A stretch of DNA of 64,000 bases from Eledone cirrhosa (taxonomy: Eukaryota): contig OZ024759.1 in NCBI GenBank assembly GCA_964016885.1, positions 22,506,001 through 22,570,000 on the forward strand. The letters run 5' to 3'. Shown in pieces: positions 1 to 14,840 of this stretch. The translations under genes were made by a program, and so were the position numbers. Positions within the stretch are counted from its first letter, which is position 1, and each line of letters starts with the position of its first letter. Below the pieces are notes generated by a model, which saw nothing but the letters and a program-made list of their open reading frames with translations, did not search any database and was not told the origin of the DNA.

Positions 1-3000
1 CTGTATATAAAGGATGTTAAAAGACAGACCCAGCCTCAGATGTAACTCTGAGCTATATGGTATGACAGCTACCACAATATACTGTATATAAAGGATGTTA
101 AAAGACAGACCCACCCTCAGATGTAACTGTGGGCTATATGGTATGACAGCTACCACAGATGTAACTGTGGGCTATATGGTATGACAGCTACCACAATAGA
201 CTGTATATAAAAGATGTTAAAAGACAGACCCATCCTCAAATGTAACTGTGGGCTATATGGTATGACAGCTACCACAATATACTGTATATAAAGGATGTTA
301 AAAGACAGACCTATCCTCAGATGTAACTGTGGGCTATATGGTATGACAGCTACCACAATATACTGTATATAAAGGATGTTAAAAGACAGACCCATCCTCA
401 GATGTAACTGTGGGCTATATGGTATGACAGCTACCACAGATGTAACTGTGGGCTATAAGGTATGACAGCTACCACAATAGACTGTATATAAAAGATGTTA
501 AAAGACAGACCCATCCTCAAATGTAACTGTGGGCTATATGGTATGACAGCTACCACAAAATACTGTATATAAAGGATGTTAAAAGACAGACCCACCCTCA
601 GATGTAACTGTGGGCTATATGGTATGACTGCTACCACAATATACTGTATATAAAGGATGTTAAAAAACAGACGCCGCCTCAGACGTAAGTGTGGGCTATA
701 TGGTATGACAGCTACCACAATAAACTGTATATAAAGGATGTTAAAAGACAGACCCACCCTCAGATGTAACTGTGGGTTATATGGTATGACAGCTACCACA
801 ATATACTGTATATAAAGGATGTTAAAAAACAGACGCCGCCTCAGACGTAAGTGTGGGCTATATGGTATGACAGCTACCACAATATACTGTATATAAAGGA
901 TGTTAAAAGACAGACCCACCCTCAGATGTAACTGTGGGTTATATGGTATGACAGCTACCACAATATACTGTATATAAAGGATGTTAAAAAACAGACGCCG
1001 CCTCAGACGTAAGTGTGGGCTATATGGTATGACAGCTACCACAATATACTGTATATAAAGGATGTTAAAAGACAGACCCACCCTCAGATGTAACTGTGGG
1101 CTATAAGGTATGACAGCTACCACAGATGTAAGTGTGGTCTATATGGTATGACAGCTACCACAATATACTGTATATAAAGGATGTTAAAAGACAGACCCAC
1201 CCTCAGATGTAACTGTGGGCTATATGGTATGACAGCTACCACAATATACTGTATATAAAGGATGTTAAAAGACAGACCCACCCTCACATGTAACTGTGGG
1301 CTATATGGTATGACAGCTACCACAATATACTGTATATAAAGTATGTTAAAAGACAGACCCATCCTCAGATGTAACTGTGGGCTATATGGTATGACAGCTA
1401 CCATAATATACTATATATAAAGGATGTTAAAAGACAGACCCATCCTCAGATGTAAGTGTCGGTTATATGGTATGACAGCTATAACAATATACTGTATATA
1501 AAGGATGTTAAAAGACAGACCCAGCCTCAGATGTAACTCTGAGCTATATGGTATGACAGCTACCACAATATACTGTATATAAAGGATGTTAAAAGACAGA
1601 CCCACCCTCAGATGTAACTGTGGGCTATATGGTATGACAGCTACCACAGATGTAACTGTGGGCTATATGGTATGACAGCTACCACAATAGACTGTATATA
1701 AAAGATGTTAAAAGACAGACCCATCCTCAAATGTAACTGTGGGCTATATGGTATGACAGCTACCACAATATACTGTATATAAAGGATGTTAAAAGACAGA
1801 CCTATCCTCAGATGTAACTGTGGGCTATATGGTATGACAGCTACCACAATATACTGTATATAAAGGATGTTAAAAGACAGACCCATCCTCAGATGTAACT
1901 GTGGGCTATATGGTATGACAGCTACCACAGATGTAACTGTGGGCTATAAGGTATGACAGCTACCACAATAGACTGTATATAAAAGATGTTAAAAGACAGA
2001 CCCATCCTCAAATGTAACTGTGGGCTATATGGTATGACAGCTACCACAAAATACTGTATATAAAGGATGTTAAAAGACAGACCCACCCTCAGATGTAACT
2101 GTGGGCTATATGGTATGACTGCTACCACAATATACTGTATATAAAGGATGTTAAAAAACAGACGCCGCCTCAGACGTAAGTGTGGGCTATATGGTATGAC
2201 AGCTACCACAATAAACTGTATATAAAGGATGTTAAAAGACAGACCCACCCTCAGATGTAACTGTGGGTTATATGGTATGACAGCTACCACAATATACTGT
2301 ATATAAAGGATGTTAAAAAACAGACGCCGCCTCAGACGTAAGTGTGGGCTATATGGTATGACAGCTACCACAATATACTGTATATAAAGGATGTTAAAAG
2401 ACAGACCCACCCTCAGATGTAACTGTGGGTTATATGGTATGACAGCTACCACAATATACTGTATATAAAGGATGTTAAAAAACAGACGCCGCCTCAGACG
2501 TAAGTGTGGGCTATATGGTATGACAGCTACCACAATATACTGTATATAAAGGATGTTAAAAGACAGACCCACCCTCAGATGTAACTGTGGGCTATAAGGT
2601 ATGACAGCTACCACAGATGTAAGTGTGGTCTATATGGTATGACAGCTACCACAATATACTGTATATAAAGGATGTTAAAAGACAGACCCACCCTCAGATG
2701 TAACTGTGGGCTATATGGTATGACAGCTACCACAATATACTGTATATAAAGGATGTTAAAAGACAGACCCACCCTCACATGTAACTGTGGGCTATATGGT
2801 ATGACAGCTACCACAATATACTGTATATAAAGTATGTTAAAAGACAGACCCATCCTCAGATGTAACTGTGGGCTATATGGTATGACAGCTACCACAATAT
2901 ACTATATATAAAGGATGTTAAAAGACAGACCCATCCTCAGATGTAAGTGTCGGTTATATGGTATGACAGCTATAACAATATACTGTATATAAAGGATGTT

Positions 3001-6000
3001 AAAAGACAGACCCAGCCTCAGATGTAACTCTGAGCTATATGGTATGACAGCTACCACAATATACTGTATATAAAGGATGTTAAAAGACAGACCCACCCTC
3101 AGATGTAACTGTGGGCTATATGGTATGACAGCTACCACAGATGTAACTGTGGGCTATATGGTATGACAGCTACCACAATAGACTGTATATAAAAGATGTT
3201 AAAAGACAGACCCATCCTCAAATGTAACTGTGGGCTATATGGTATGACAGCTACCACAATATACTGTATATAAAGGATGTTAAAAGACAGACCTATCCTC
3301 AGATGTAACTGTGGGCTATATGGTATGACAGCTACCACAATATACTGTATATAAAGGATGTTAAAAGACAGACCCATCCTCAGATGTAACTGTGGGCTAT
3401 ATGGTATGACAGCTACCACAGATGTAACTGTGGGCTATAAGGTATGACAGCTACCACAATAGACTGTATATAAAAGATGTTAAAAGACAGACCCATCCTC
3501 AAATGTAACTGTGGGCTATATGGTATGACAGCTACCACAAAATACTGTATATAAAGGATGTTGAAAGACAGACCCACCCTCAGATGTAACTGTGGGCTAT
3601 ATGGTATGACTGCTACCACAATATACTGTATATAAAGGATGTTAAAAAACAGACGCCGCCTCAGACGTAAGTGTGGGCTATATGGTATGACAGCTACCAC
3701 AATATACTGTATATAAAGGATGTTAAAAGACAGACCCACCCTCAGATGTAACTGTGGGTTATATGGTATGACAGCTACCACAATATACTGTATATAAAGG
3801 ATGTTAAAAAACAGACGCCGCCTCAGACGTAAGTGTGGGCTATATGGTATGACAGCTACCACAATATACTGTATATAAAGGATGTTAAAAGACAGACCCA
3901 CCCTCAGATGTAACTGTGGGTTATATGGTATGACAGCTACCACAATATACTGTATATAAAGGATGTTAAAAAACAGACGCCGCCTCAGACGTAAGTGTGG
4001 GCTATATGGTATGACAGCTACCACAATATACTGTATATAAATGATGTTAAAAGACAGACCCATCCTCAAATCTAACTGTGGGCTATATGGTATGATAGCT
4101 ACCACAATATACTGTATATAAAGGATGTTAAAAGACAGACCCACCCTCAGATGTAACTGTGGGCTATATGGTATGACAGCTACCACAGATGTAAGTGTGG
4201 GCTATATGGTATGACAGCTACCACAATATACTGTATATAAAGGATGTTAAAAGACAGACCCATCCTCAGATGTAACTGTGGGCTATATGGTATGACAGCT
4301 ACCACAGATGTAACTGTGGGCTATATGGTATGACAGCTACCACAATATACTGCATATAAAGGATGTTAAAAGACGGACCCATCATCAGATGTAACTGTGG
4401 GCTAAATGGTATGACAGCTCCCACAATATACTGAATATAAAGGATGTTAAAAGACAGACCCACCCTCAGACGCAACTGTGGGCTATATGGTATGACAGCT
4501 ACCACAATATACTGTATATAAAGGATGTTAAAAGACAGACCCACCCTCACATGTAACTATGGGCTACATGGTATGACAGCTACCACAATATACTGTATAT
4601 AAAGGATGTTAAAAGACAGACCTATCCTCAGATGTAACTGTGCGCTATATGGTATGACAGCTACCACAATATACTGTATATAAAGGATGTTAAAAGACAG
4701 ACCCACCCTCAGATGTAACTGTGGGCTATATGGTATGACAGCTACCACAATATACTGTATATAAAGGATGTTAAAAGACAGACCCACCCTCAGATGTAAC
4801 TGTGGGCAATATGGTATGACAGCTACCACAGATGTAACTGTGGGCTATATGGTATGACAGCTACCACAGATGTAACTGTGGGCTATATGGTATGACTGCT
4901 ACCACAATATACTGTATATAAAGGATGTTAAAAGACAGACCCACCCTCAGATGTAACTGTGGGTTATATGGTATGACAGCTACCACAATATACTGTATAT
5001 AAAGGATGTTAAAAAACAGACGCCGCCTCAGACGTAAGTGTGGGCTATATGGTATGACAGCTACCACAATATACTGTATATAAAGGATGTTAAAAGACAG
5101 ACCCACCCTCAGATGTAACTGTCGGCTATATGGTATGACAGCTACCACAATATACTGTATATAAAGGATGTTAAAAGACAGACCCACCCTCAGATGTAAC
5201 TGTGGGCTATATGGTATAACAGCTACCACAATATACTGTATGTAAAGGATGTTAAAAGACAGACCCAGCCTCAAATGTAACTGTGGGCTATATGGTATGA
5301 CAGCTACCACAATATACTGTATATAAAGGATGTTAAAAGACAGACCCACCCTCAGATGTAACTGTGGGCTATATGGTATGACAGCTACCACAATATACTG
5401 TATATAAAGGATGTTAAAAGACAGACCCACCCTCAGATGTAACTGTGGGCTATATGGTATGACAGCTACCACAGATGTAAGTGTGGTCTATATGGTATGA
5501 CAGCTACCACAATATACTGTATATAAAGGATGTTAAAAGACAGACCCACCCTCAGATGTAACTGTGGGTATATGGTATGACAGCTACCACAATATACTGT
5601 ATATAAAGGATGTTAAAAGACAGACCCACCCTCAGATGTAACTGTGGGCTATATGGTATGACAGCTACCACAGATGTAAGTGTGGGCTATATGGTATGAC
5701 AGCTACCACAATATACTGTATATAAAGGATGTTAAAAGACAGACCCATCCTCAGATGTAACTGTGGGCTATATGGTATGACAGCTACCACAATATACTGT
5801 ATATAAAGGATGTTAAAAGACAGACCCATCCTCAGATGTAACTGTGGGCTATATGGTATGACAGCTACCACAATATACAGTATATAAAGGATGTTAAAAG
5901 ACAGACCCACCCTCAGATGTAACTGTGGGCTATATGGTATGACAGCTACCACAGATATAACTGTGGGCTATATGGTATGATAGCTACAACAATATACTGT

Positions 6001-9000
6001 ATATAAAGGATGTTAAAAGACAGACCCATCCTCAGATGTAACTGTGGGCTATATGGTATGACAGCTACCACAATATACTGTATATAAAGGATGTTAAAAG
6101 ACAGACCCACCCTCAGATGTAACTGTGGGCTATATGGTATGACAGCTACCACAATATACTGTATATAAAGGATGTCAAAAGACAGACCCACCCTCAGATG
6201 TAACTGTGGGCTATATGGTATGACAGCTACCACAGATGTAAGTGTGGGCTATATGGTATGACAGCTACCACAATATACTGTATATAAAGGATGTTAAAAG
6301 ACAGACCCATCCTCAGATGTAACTGTGGGCTATATTGTATGACAGCTACCACAATATACTGTATATAAAGGATGTTAAAAGACAGACCCATCCTCAGATG
6401 TAACTGTGGGCTATATGGTATGACAGCTACCACAATATACAGTATATAAAGGATGTTAAAAGACAGACCCACCCTCAGATGTAACTGTGGGCTATATGGT
6501 ATGACAGCTACCACAGATATAACTGTGGGCTATATGGTATGATAGCTACAACAATATACTGTATATAAAGGATGTTAAAAGACAGACCCATCCTCAGATG
6601 TAACTGTGGGCTATATGGTATGACAGCTACCACAATATACTGTATATAAAGGATGTTAAAAGACAGACCCACCCTCAGATGTAACTGTGGGCAATATGGT
6701 ATGACAGCTACCACAGATGTAACTGTGGGCTATATGGTATGACAGCTACCACAATATACTGTATATAAAGGATGTTAAAAGACAGACCCACCCTCAGATG
6801 TAACTGTGGGCTATATGGTATGACTGCTACCACAATATACTGTATATAAAGGATGTTAAAAAACAGACCCAGCCTCAGATGTAAGTGTGGGCTATATGGT
6901 ATGACAGCTACCACAATATACTGTATATAAAGGATGTTAAAAGACAGACCCACCCTCAGATGGAAGTGTGGGCTATATGGTATGACAGCTACCACAATAT
7001 ACTGTATATAAAGGATGTTAAAAGACAGACCTAGCCTCAGATGTAAGTGTGGGGCATATGGTATGACAGCTACCACAGATGTAACTGTAGGCTATATGGT
7101 ATGACAGTTACCACAATATACTGTATATAAAGGATGTTAAAAGACAGACCCACCCTCAGATGTAACTGTGGGCTATATGGTATGACAGCTACCACAATAT
7201 ACTGTATATAAAGGATGTTAAAAGACAGACCCAGCCTCATATGTAAGTGTGGGCTATATGGTATGACAGCTACCACAATATACTGTATATAAAGGATGTT
7301 AAAAGACAGACCCACCCTCAGATGTAACTGTGGTCTATATGGTATGATAGCTACCACAATATACTGTATATAACGGATGTTAAAAGACGGACCCATTCTC
7401 AGATGTAACTGTGGGCTAAATGGTATTACAGCTCCCACAATATACTGAATATAAAGGATGTTAAAAGACAGACCCACCCTCAGACGCAACTGTGGGCTAT
7501 ATGGTATGACAGCTACCACAATATACTGTATATAAAGGATGTTAAAAGACAGACCCACCCGCACATGTAACTATGGGCTACATGGTATGACAGCTACCAC
7601 AATATACTGTATATAAAGGATGTTAAAAGACAGACCTATCCTCAGATGTAACTGTGCGCTATATGGTATGACAGCTACCACAATATACTGTATATAAAGG
7701 ATGTTAAAAGACAGACCCACCCTCAGATGTAACTGTGGGCAATATGGTATGACAGCTACCACAGATGTAACTGTGGGCTATATGGTATGACAGCTACCAC
7801 AATATACTGTATATAAAGGATGTTAAAAGACAGACCCATCCTCAGATGTAACTGTGGGCTATATGGTATGACAGCTACCACAATATACTGTATATAAAGG
7901 ATGTTAAAAGACAGACCCACCCTTAGATGTAACTGTGGGCTATATGGTATGACAGCTACCACAATATACTGTATATAAAGGATGGTAAAAGACAGACCCA
8001 CACTCAGATGTAACTGTGGGTTATATGGTATGACAGCTACCACAATATACTGTATATAAAGGATGTTAAAAGACAGACCCACCCTCAGATGTAACTGTGG
8101 GCTATATGGTATGACAGCTACCACAATATACTGTATATAAAGGATGTTAAAAGACAGACCCACCCTCAGATGTAACTGTGGGCTATATGGTATGACAGAT
8201 ACCACAATATACTGTATATAAAGGATGGTAAAAGACAGACCCATCCTCAAATGTAACTGTGGGCTATATGGAATGACAGCTACCACAATATACTGTATAT
8301 AAAGGATGTTAAAAGACAGACCCAGCCTCAGATGTAACTGTGGGCTATATGGTATGACAGCTACCACAATATACTGTATATAAAGGATGTTAAAAGACAG
8401 ACCCATCCTCAGATGTAACTGTGGGCTATATGGTATGACAGCTACCACAACATACTGTATATAAAGGATGTTAAAAGACAGACCCATCCTCAGATGTAAC
8501 TGTGGGCTATATGGTATGACAGCTACCACAATATACAGTATATAAAGGATGTTAAAAGACAGACCCACCCTCAGATGTAACTGTGGGCTATATGGTATGA
8601 CAGCTACCACAGATGTAACTGTGGGCTATATGGTATGACAGCTACCACAATATACTGTATATAAAGGATGTTAAAAGACAGACCCACCCTCAGATGTAAC
8701 TGTGGGCTATATGGTATGACTGCTACCACAATATACTGTATATAAAGGATGTTAAAAGACAGACCCACCCTCAGATGTAACTGTGGGCTATATGGTATGA
8801 CAGCTACCACAATATACTGTATATAAAGGATGTTAAAAGACAGACCCATCCTCAGATGTAACTGTGGGCTATATGGTATGACAGCTACCACGATATACTG
8901 TATATAAAGGATGTTAAAAGACAAACCCACCCTCAGATGTAACTGTGGGCTATATGGTATGACAGCTACCACAGATATAACTGTGGGCTATATGGTATGA

Positions 9001-11112
9001 TAGCTACCACAGATGTAACTGTGGGCTATATGGTATGACAGCTACCACAATATACTGTATATAAAGGATGTTAAAAGACAGACCCACCCTCAGATGTAAC
9101 TGTGGGCAATATGGTATGACAGCTACCACAGATGTAACTGTGGGCTATATGGTATGACAGCTACCACAATATACTGTATATAAAGGGTTAAAAGACAGAC
9201 CCACCCTCAGATGGAAGTGTGGGCTATATGGTATGACAGCTACCACAATATACTGTATATAAAGGATGTTAAAAGACAGACCCACCCTCAGATGTAACTG
9301 TGGGATATATGGTACGACAGCTACCACAATATACTGTATATAAAGGATGTTAAAAGACAGACCCACCCTCAGATGTAACTGGTCTATATGGTATGACAGC
9401 TACTACAATATACTGTATATAAAGGATGTTAAAAGACAGACCCAGCCTCAGTTGTAAGTGTGGGCTATATGGTATGACAGCTACCACAATATACTGTATA
9501 TAAAGGATGTTAAAAGACAGACCCACCCTCAGACGCAACTGTGGGCTATATGGTATGACAGCTACCACAATATACTGTATATAAAGGATGTTAAAAGACA
9601 GACCCACCCTCAGATGTAACTGTGGGCTATATGGTATGACAGCTACCACAATATACTGTATATAAAGGATGTTAAAAGACAGACCAATCCTCAGATGTAA
9701 CTGGGCTATATGATATGACAGCTACCACAATATACTGTATATAAAGGATGTTAAAAGACAGACCCACCCTCAGATGTAAGTGTGGGCTATATGGTATGAC
9801 AGCTACAACAATATACTGTATATAAAGGATGTTAAAAGACAGACCCACCCTCAGATGTAAGTGTGGGCTATATGGTATGACAGTTACCACAATATACTGT
9901 ATATAAAGGATGTTAAAAGACAGACCCATCCTCAGATGTAACTGTGGGCTATATGGTATGACAGCTACCACAATATACTGTATATAAAGGATGTTAAAAG
10001 ACAGACCCAGCCTCAGATGTAACTGTGGGCTATATGGTATGGCAGCTACCACAATATACTGTATATAAAGGATGTTAAAAGACAGACCCAGCCTCAGATG
10101 TAAGTGTGGGCTATATGGTATGACAGTTACCACAATATACTGTATATAAAGGATGTTAAAAGACAGACCCAGCCTCAGATGTAAGTGTGAGCTATATGGT
10201 ATGACAGTTACCACAATATACTGTATATAAAGGATGTTAAAAGACAGACCCACCCTTAGATGTAACTGTGGGCTATATGGTATGACAGCTACCACAATAT
10301 ACCGTATATAAAGGATGTTAAAAGACAGACCCACCCTCAGATGTAAGTGTGGGCTATATGGTATGACAGCTACCACAATATACTGTATATAAAGGATGTT
10401 AAAAGACAGACCCAGCCTCAGATGTAAGTGTGGGCTATATGCTATGACAGTTACCACAATATACTGTATATAAAGGATGTTAAAAGACAGACCCACCCTC
10501 AGATGTAACTGTGGGCTATATGGTATGACAGTTACCACAATATACTGTATATAAAGGATGTTAAAAGACAGACCCACCCTCAGATGTAAGTGTGGGCTAT
10601 ATGGTATGACAGCTACCACAATATACTGTATATAAAGGATGTTAAAAGACAGACCCAGCCTCAGATGTAAGTGTGGGCTATATGGTATGACAGTTACCAC
10701 AATATACTGTATATAAAGGAGGTTAAAAGACAGACCCAGCCTCAGATGTAAGTGTGGGCTATATGGTATGACAGCTACCACAATATACTGTATATAAAGG
10801 AGGTTAAAAGACAGACCCAGCCTCAGATGTAAGTGTGGGCTATATGCTATGACAGTTACCACAATATACTGTATATAAAGGATGTTAAAAGACAGACCCA
10901 CCCTCAGATGTAACTGTGGGCTATATGGTATGACAGCTACAACAATATACTGTATATAAAGGATGTTAAAAGACAGACCCACCCTCAGATGTAAGTGTGG
11001 GCTATATGGTATGACAGCTACCACAATATACTGTATATAAAGGATGTTAAAAGACAGACCCACCCTCAGATGTAAGTGTGGGCTATATGGTATGACAGCT
11101 ACCACAATATAC
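1..11112. repeat. 81-bp tandem satellite with interspersed 38-bp deletion monomers and higher-order repeats
   Basis: Monomer CTGTATATAAAGGATGTTAAAAGACAGACCCACCCTCAGATGTAACTGTGGGCTATATGGTATGACAGCTACCACAATATA. Short unit AGATGTAACTGTGGGCTATATGGTATGACAGCTACCAC. The array runs off the left edge of the window. Confidence 0.98.
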
Positions 11113-11289
11113 CATCAGGGTTGCAAGTGTTATATCAGAGTTTTCCTCCTCCTAGAATTCTGCCTTGACAAAGCCTAAGGGGTCATCTCTCCCAGGTGAT
11201 TTTGCCGGTTTAGTCGCCGACCACCCGACCATGCGACAGGTTGTACTGGGTTACATGTTACCAGTAGCACTCAAGAATGACCCGACATA
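11109..11289 (-). mobile_element. Dispersed element E1, 5' part with internal deletion, fused to the satellite
   Basis: Reverse complement matches 14841-14927 joined to 15034-15127. Confidence 0.85.
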
Positions 11290-11310
11290 GATATATACAC
11301 ACACACACAT

Positions 11311-11343
<33 letters not shown>

Positions 11344-11494
11344 TTACATATATATTTACCTGTAGATATGTGCGCGCGTTATATACGTATTTATGTGTGT
11401 ATATTTATATACGCTTATATAATTATATGCATACGCACACACATTTCTGTGTGTGGAGGTACGTATACTTTCTTGCACGTATATATGCTTGTAT

Positions 11495-11540
<46 letters not shown>

Positions 11541-11541
<1 letters not shown>

Positions 11542-11981
11542 ATCGCTGCAGACTCTGCTAAGAGTATTGCAATAGCTTGCAACAGATCCTGAGCAGGCAA
11601 TGCCTGTGCTTTGAAGGTTTTTTTTAAGTGGGAAAGGCCTTGCACTCGACCAATCCTACTCTCTGAGCATCGAAAACACTACCGGAAAAGCAGAACTTGT
11701 CAACATCATCGGATGCTTCCGAAGCCGCAGGTTATTTCATAGAAAGGTGTTGCTGGAAAAAAAAAGGGTACTATTTGGGTGGTCGTTGACCCTGTTGAGT
11801 TCCTCCGCCATTTGCCGGGTCTTGTATTTCATCCAAGCAGGGTGTCCAAATATCACCATCCTCACCAAGAAAGCTTGGTGAGGGGTGGGGTGGGTGGGGG
11901 TGGGGGTGCATGCGACCTAACCATGAGACAGGAGGTACTGGGTTACATGTTACCAGTGGCACTCGGGAGCGACCAGACATA
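11541..11981 (-). mobile_element. Diverged relative of E1
   Basis: Shares ordered blocks with E1: ACTGGTAACATGTAWCCCAGTAC, CACCAAG-N-TTTCTTGGTGAGG, ATGATGTTGAC, GCACAGGCATTGC. Confidence 0.75.
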
Positions 11982-12139
11982 TGACACACACACACACAAT
12001 TATATATATATATATATATATATATATGGACGGCCGTTTCGTCATAAGATTTCTACAATTTGGGATAAATAATGTATGTAAAAGGTAAACAGAAATAACA
12101 ACACAATCGGTACAGTATATGGAAGGAATACACATACGC

Positions 12140-12184
<45 letters not shown>

Positions 12185-12803
12185 CACATGCGTATACATA
12201 TATGTATGTATACAAATGACACTAGGAGAAAAAGGGACCACAATGAGTATTTCAACTTTTATTACCATTATATTTATCCTTACGGGGTCGATGAAATAAA
12301 GCACCAGTAATGCAGTGGATAATTGCAGGCCTTGTGCCAAAAGTAGAAAATTATTTTTTTGAAAAGGTGTATTTTTTTACGGCAGCCAGGCCTTCCTATG
12401 AATCTTCCATTCCTGCTTCCATTGTTTTCAGAGGAGCGACATCACTTCTGGCTGCGTATCTCGTACATCTAAAAGGCAAATTTTTTTTTGTTATCTTCGA
12501 ATCTCAAGGAGAATGGAAGACAAGGTTGATACTTTATTATATATTCGAAAAAAAAAAATTTATCAGTAGTTCGAATCATACATAGAAGGGAAATCGAAAA
12601 AAAAACAACAAAATGTCTAAATCCGTGAAAGCAAAGAGGCAAAAAAAAAAAAAAAAAAAAATGCCTTAGCACCAGACCTCAAATAGTCCCAAATCGTGAG
12701 TGGCGCAATGCACCACTCACGATTTGAACTCTAGACACAGACTGGAAAGTCTAGAGAGAAACATACAAATCTACGCCGATGGCCGCAATACGACTGCGCA
12801 AAC

Positions 12804-12987
12804 GATGAATTGGCAGTATCGGTAGAGGGCTGGACATGCTTTCCAGCATAGTTACGTCCCTTTACGATCTGAGTTCAAATCCTGCCGAGGTTAACTTTGC
12901 CTTTCATCCTTACGAGGTCGATAAAATAAAGTACCAGTAATACACTGGGATAATTGCTGGCCTTGTGCCAAACGTAGAAACAATTAT
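12804..12987 (+). mobile_element. tRNA-derived SINE (family A)
   Basis: A-box-like TGGCAGTATCGG, B-box GAGTTCAAATCC, core CTTTGCCTTTCATCCTTACGAGGTCGATAAAATAAAGTACCAG. Near-identical copy at 34477-34667. Confidence 0.85.
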
Positions 12988-13644
12988 ATCTTAGATTTGA
13001 TTCATACGTTGAAAGAAAACAAAAAAATTATATATGTGTGTGTGTGTGTGTGTCGATGGGTGTCGATGTGTGTCGATGTGTGTGTGCGTGTGTGCGCTCG
13101 CGTGTGTGTGAGTGCGCGCGCGTGTGTGAGTGAGCGTGCGCGCGTGTGAGTGAGCGTGCGCGCGTGTGAGTGAGTGTTTGTGTGCGCGCGCGTGTGTGTG
13201 CGCGTATATATGTACACACACACACACACACACACACACGAAATGCAGTAACTTTCTCGGCAGAGGTGTTCTGCAAGAAAACCTCTCGTAGGTGTTGCAT
13301 AGCGATACGGCCGCTTAGACATGATGGTTAATTGTAATATAAACGGGTTCCTGCCGGACGAATAAGCAATCCCAGATCGACAGCGGTAACCTACTAGTTG
13401 AGAAGGAACATCTATTAGTCGACTCCAACGAAATATATATATAGCAGCTCATTAAATAAACTTATACACAACTTAGTATGGCCTTTGCTACATTTACTAG
13501 TCTGTATGCTCCGGTCTGACTAGCAAAATGTACGTGGATTAGTGCAGCCATTGAGCGCTTTATGCTATTTGCATCATCGTTGACCGTTTGAAGTGAAGAT
13601 TGCATAACTCCACTCGATTTAGTTCATAGAGAAATTATAAATAT

Positions 13645-14191
13645 GTGTGTGTCTGTGTGTGTGTGTCTGTGTGTGTGTGTGTGTCTGTGTGTGTGTGTCT
13701 GTGTGTGTGTGTCTGTGTGTGTGTGTGTGTGTGTATGTGTGTATGTGTATGTGTATGTGTCTGTGTGTCTGTGTGTCTGTGTGTCTCTGTCTGTGTCTGT
13801 GTCTGTGTCTGTGTGTGTGTGTGTCTGTCTGTGTGTGTGTGTGTCTGTCTGTGTCTGTCTGTGTCTGTCTGTGTCTGTGTCTGTGTCTGTGTCTGTGTCT
13901 GTGTCTGTGTCTGTGTCTGTGTCTGTGTCTGTGTCTGTGTCTGTGTCTGTGTCTGTGTCTGTGTCTGTGTCTGTGTGTGTCTGTGTGTGTGTGTGTGCAT
14001 ATATGTATATATATATGTGTGTGTGTGTGTATATATATGTATATATATATATATGTGTGTGTGTGTGTATATATATATATATACGTATGTATATATATAT
14101 ATACGTGTGTATATATTATATTTTTGTATATATACCTGTATGTGTGTATATATATATATATATGTGTATGTATATATATATTTGTATATAT

Positions 14192-14237
<46 letters not shown>

Positions 14238-14840
14238 TGTGTGTATATATATATTTGTATATATACCTGTATGTGTGTGTAAATATATATGTGTGTGTGT
14301 GTATATATATGTGTGTGTGTGTATATATATGTGTGTATGTGTATATATATGTGTGTATGTGTATATATATGTGTGTATGTATATATATATTTGTATATGT
14401 ACGTGTGTGTATATATACATATGTATACGTGTGTGCGTGTATATATACCTGTATGTGTGTATATATATATATGTGTGTGTGTATATATAGATGTGTATGT
14501 GTATATAGATGTGTATGTGTATATAGATATGTGTCTATGTATATATATATGTGTATGTATATATATATTTGTATATGTACGTGTGTGCATATTTGTATAT
14601 ATACCTGTATGTGTGTGTGTGTGTATATATATGTGTGTGTATATATATATGTGTGTATGTGTATATATATGTGTGTATGTGTATATATATCTGTATGTGT
14701 ATATATATGTGTGTATGTGTATATATATGTGTATGTGTATATATCTATATTTGTATATGTACGTGTGTGTATATATACCTATATGTGTGTGTATATATAT
14801 ATGTGTGTGTATATATATATATATATTTGTATATATACCT
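13645..14840. repeat. Compound (GT)n/(GTCTGT)n/(TA)n microsatellite
   Basis: Direct reading. Confidence 0.95.

Noticed and set aside
150-11105. 27-aa repeat ORFs on the minus strand
   Set aside because: They follow from an 81-bp (3n) monomer with one open frame. They are broken by every 38-bp unit and by indels and stops.
1-11112. CRISPR-like array
   Set aside because: There are no unique spacers and no cas genes, and the context is eukaryotic. The same applies to the 30-bp array at 15955.
12804-12900. tRNA genes
   Set aside because: The A/B boxes belong to SINE heads and no cloverleaf forms.
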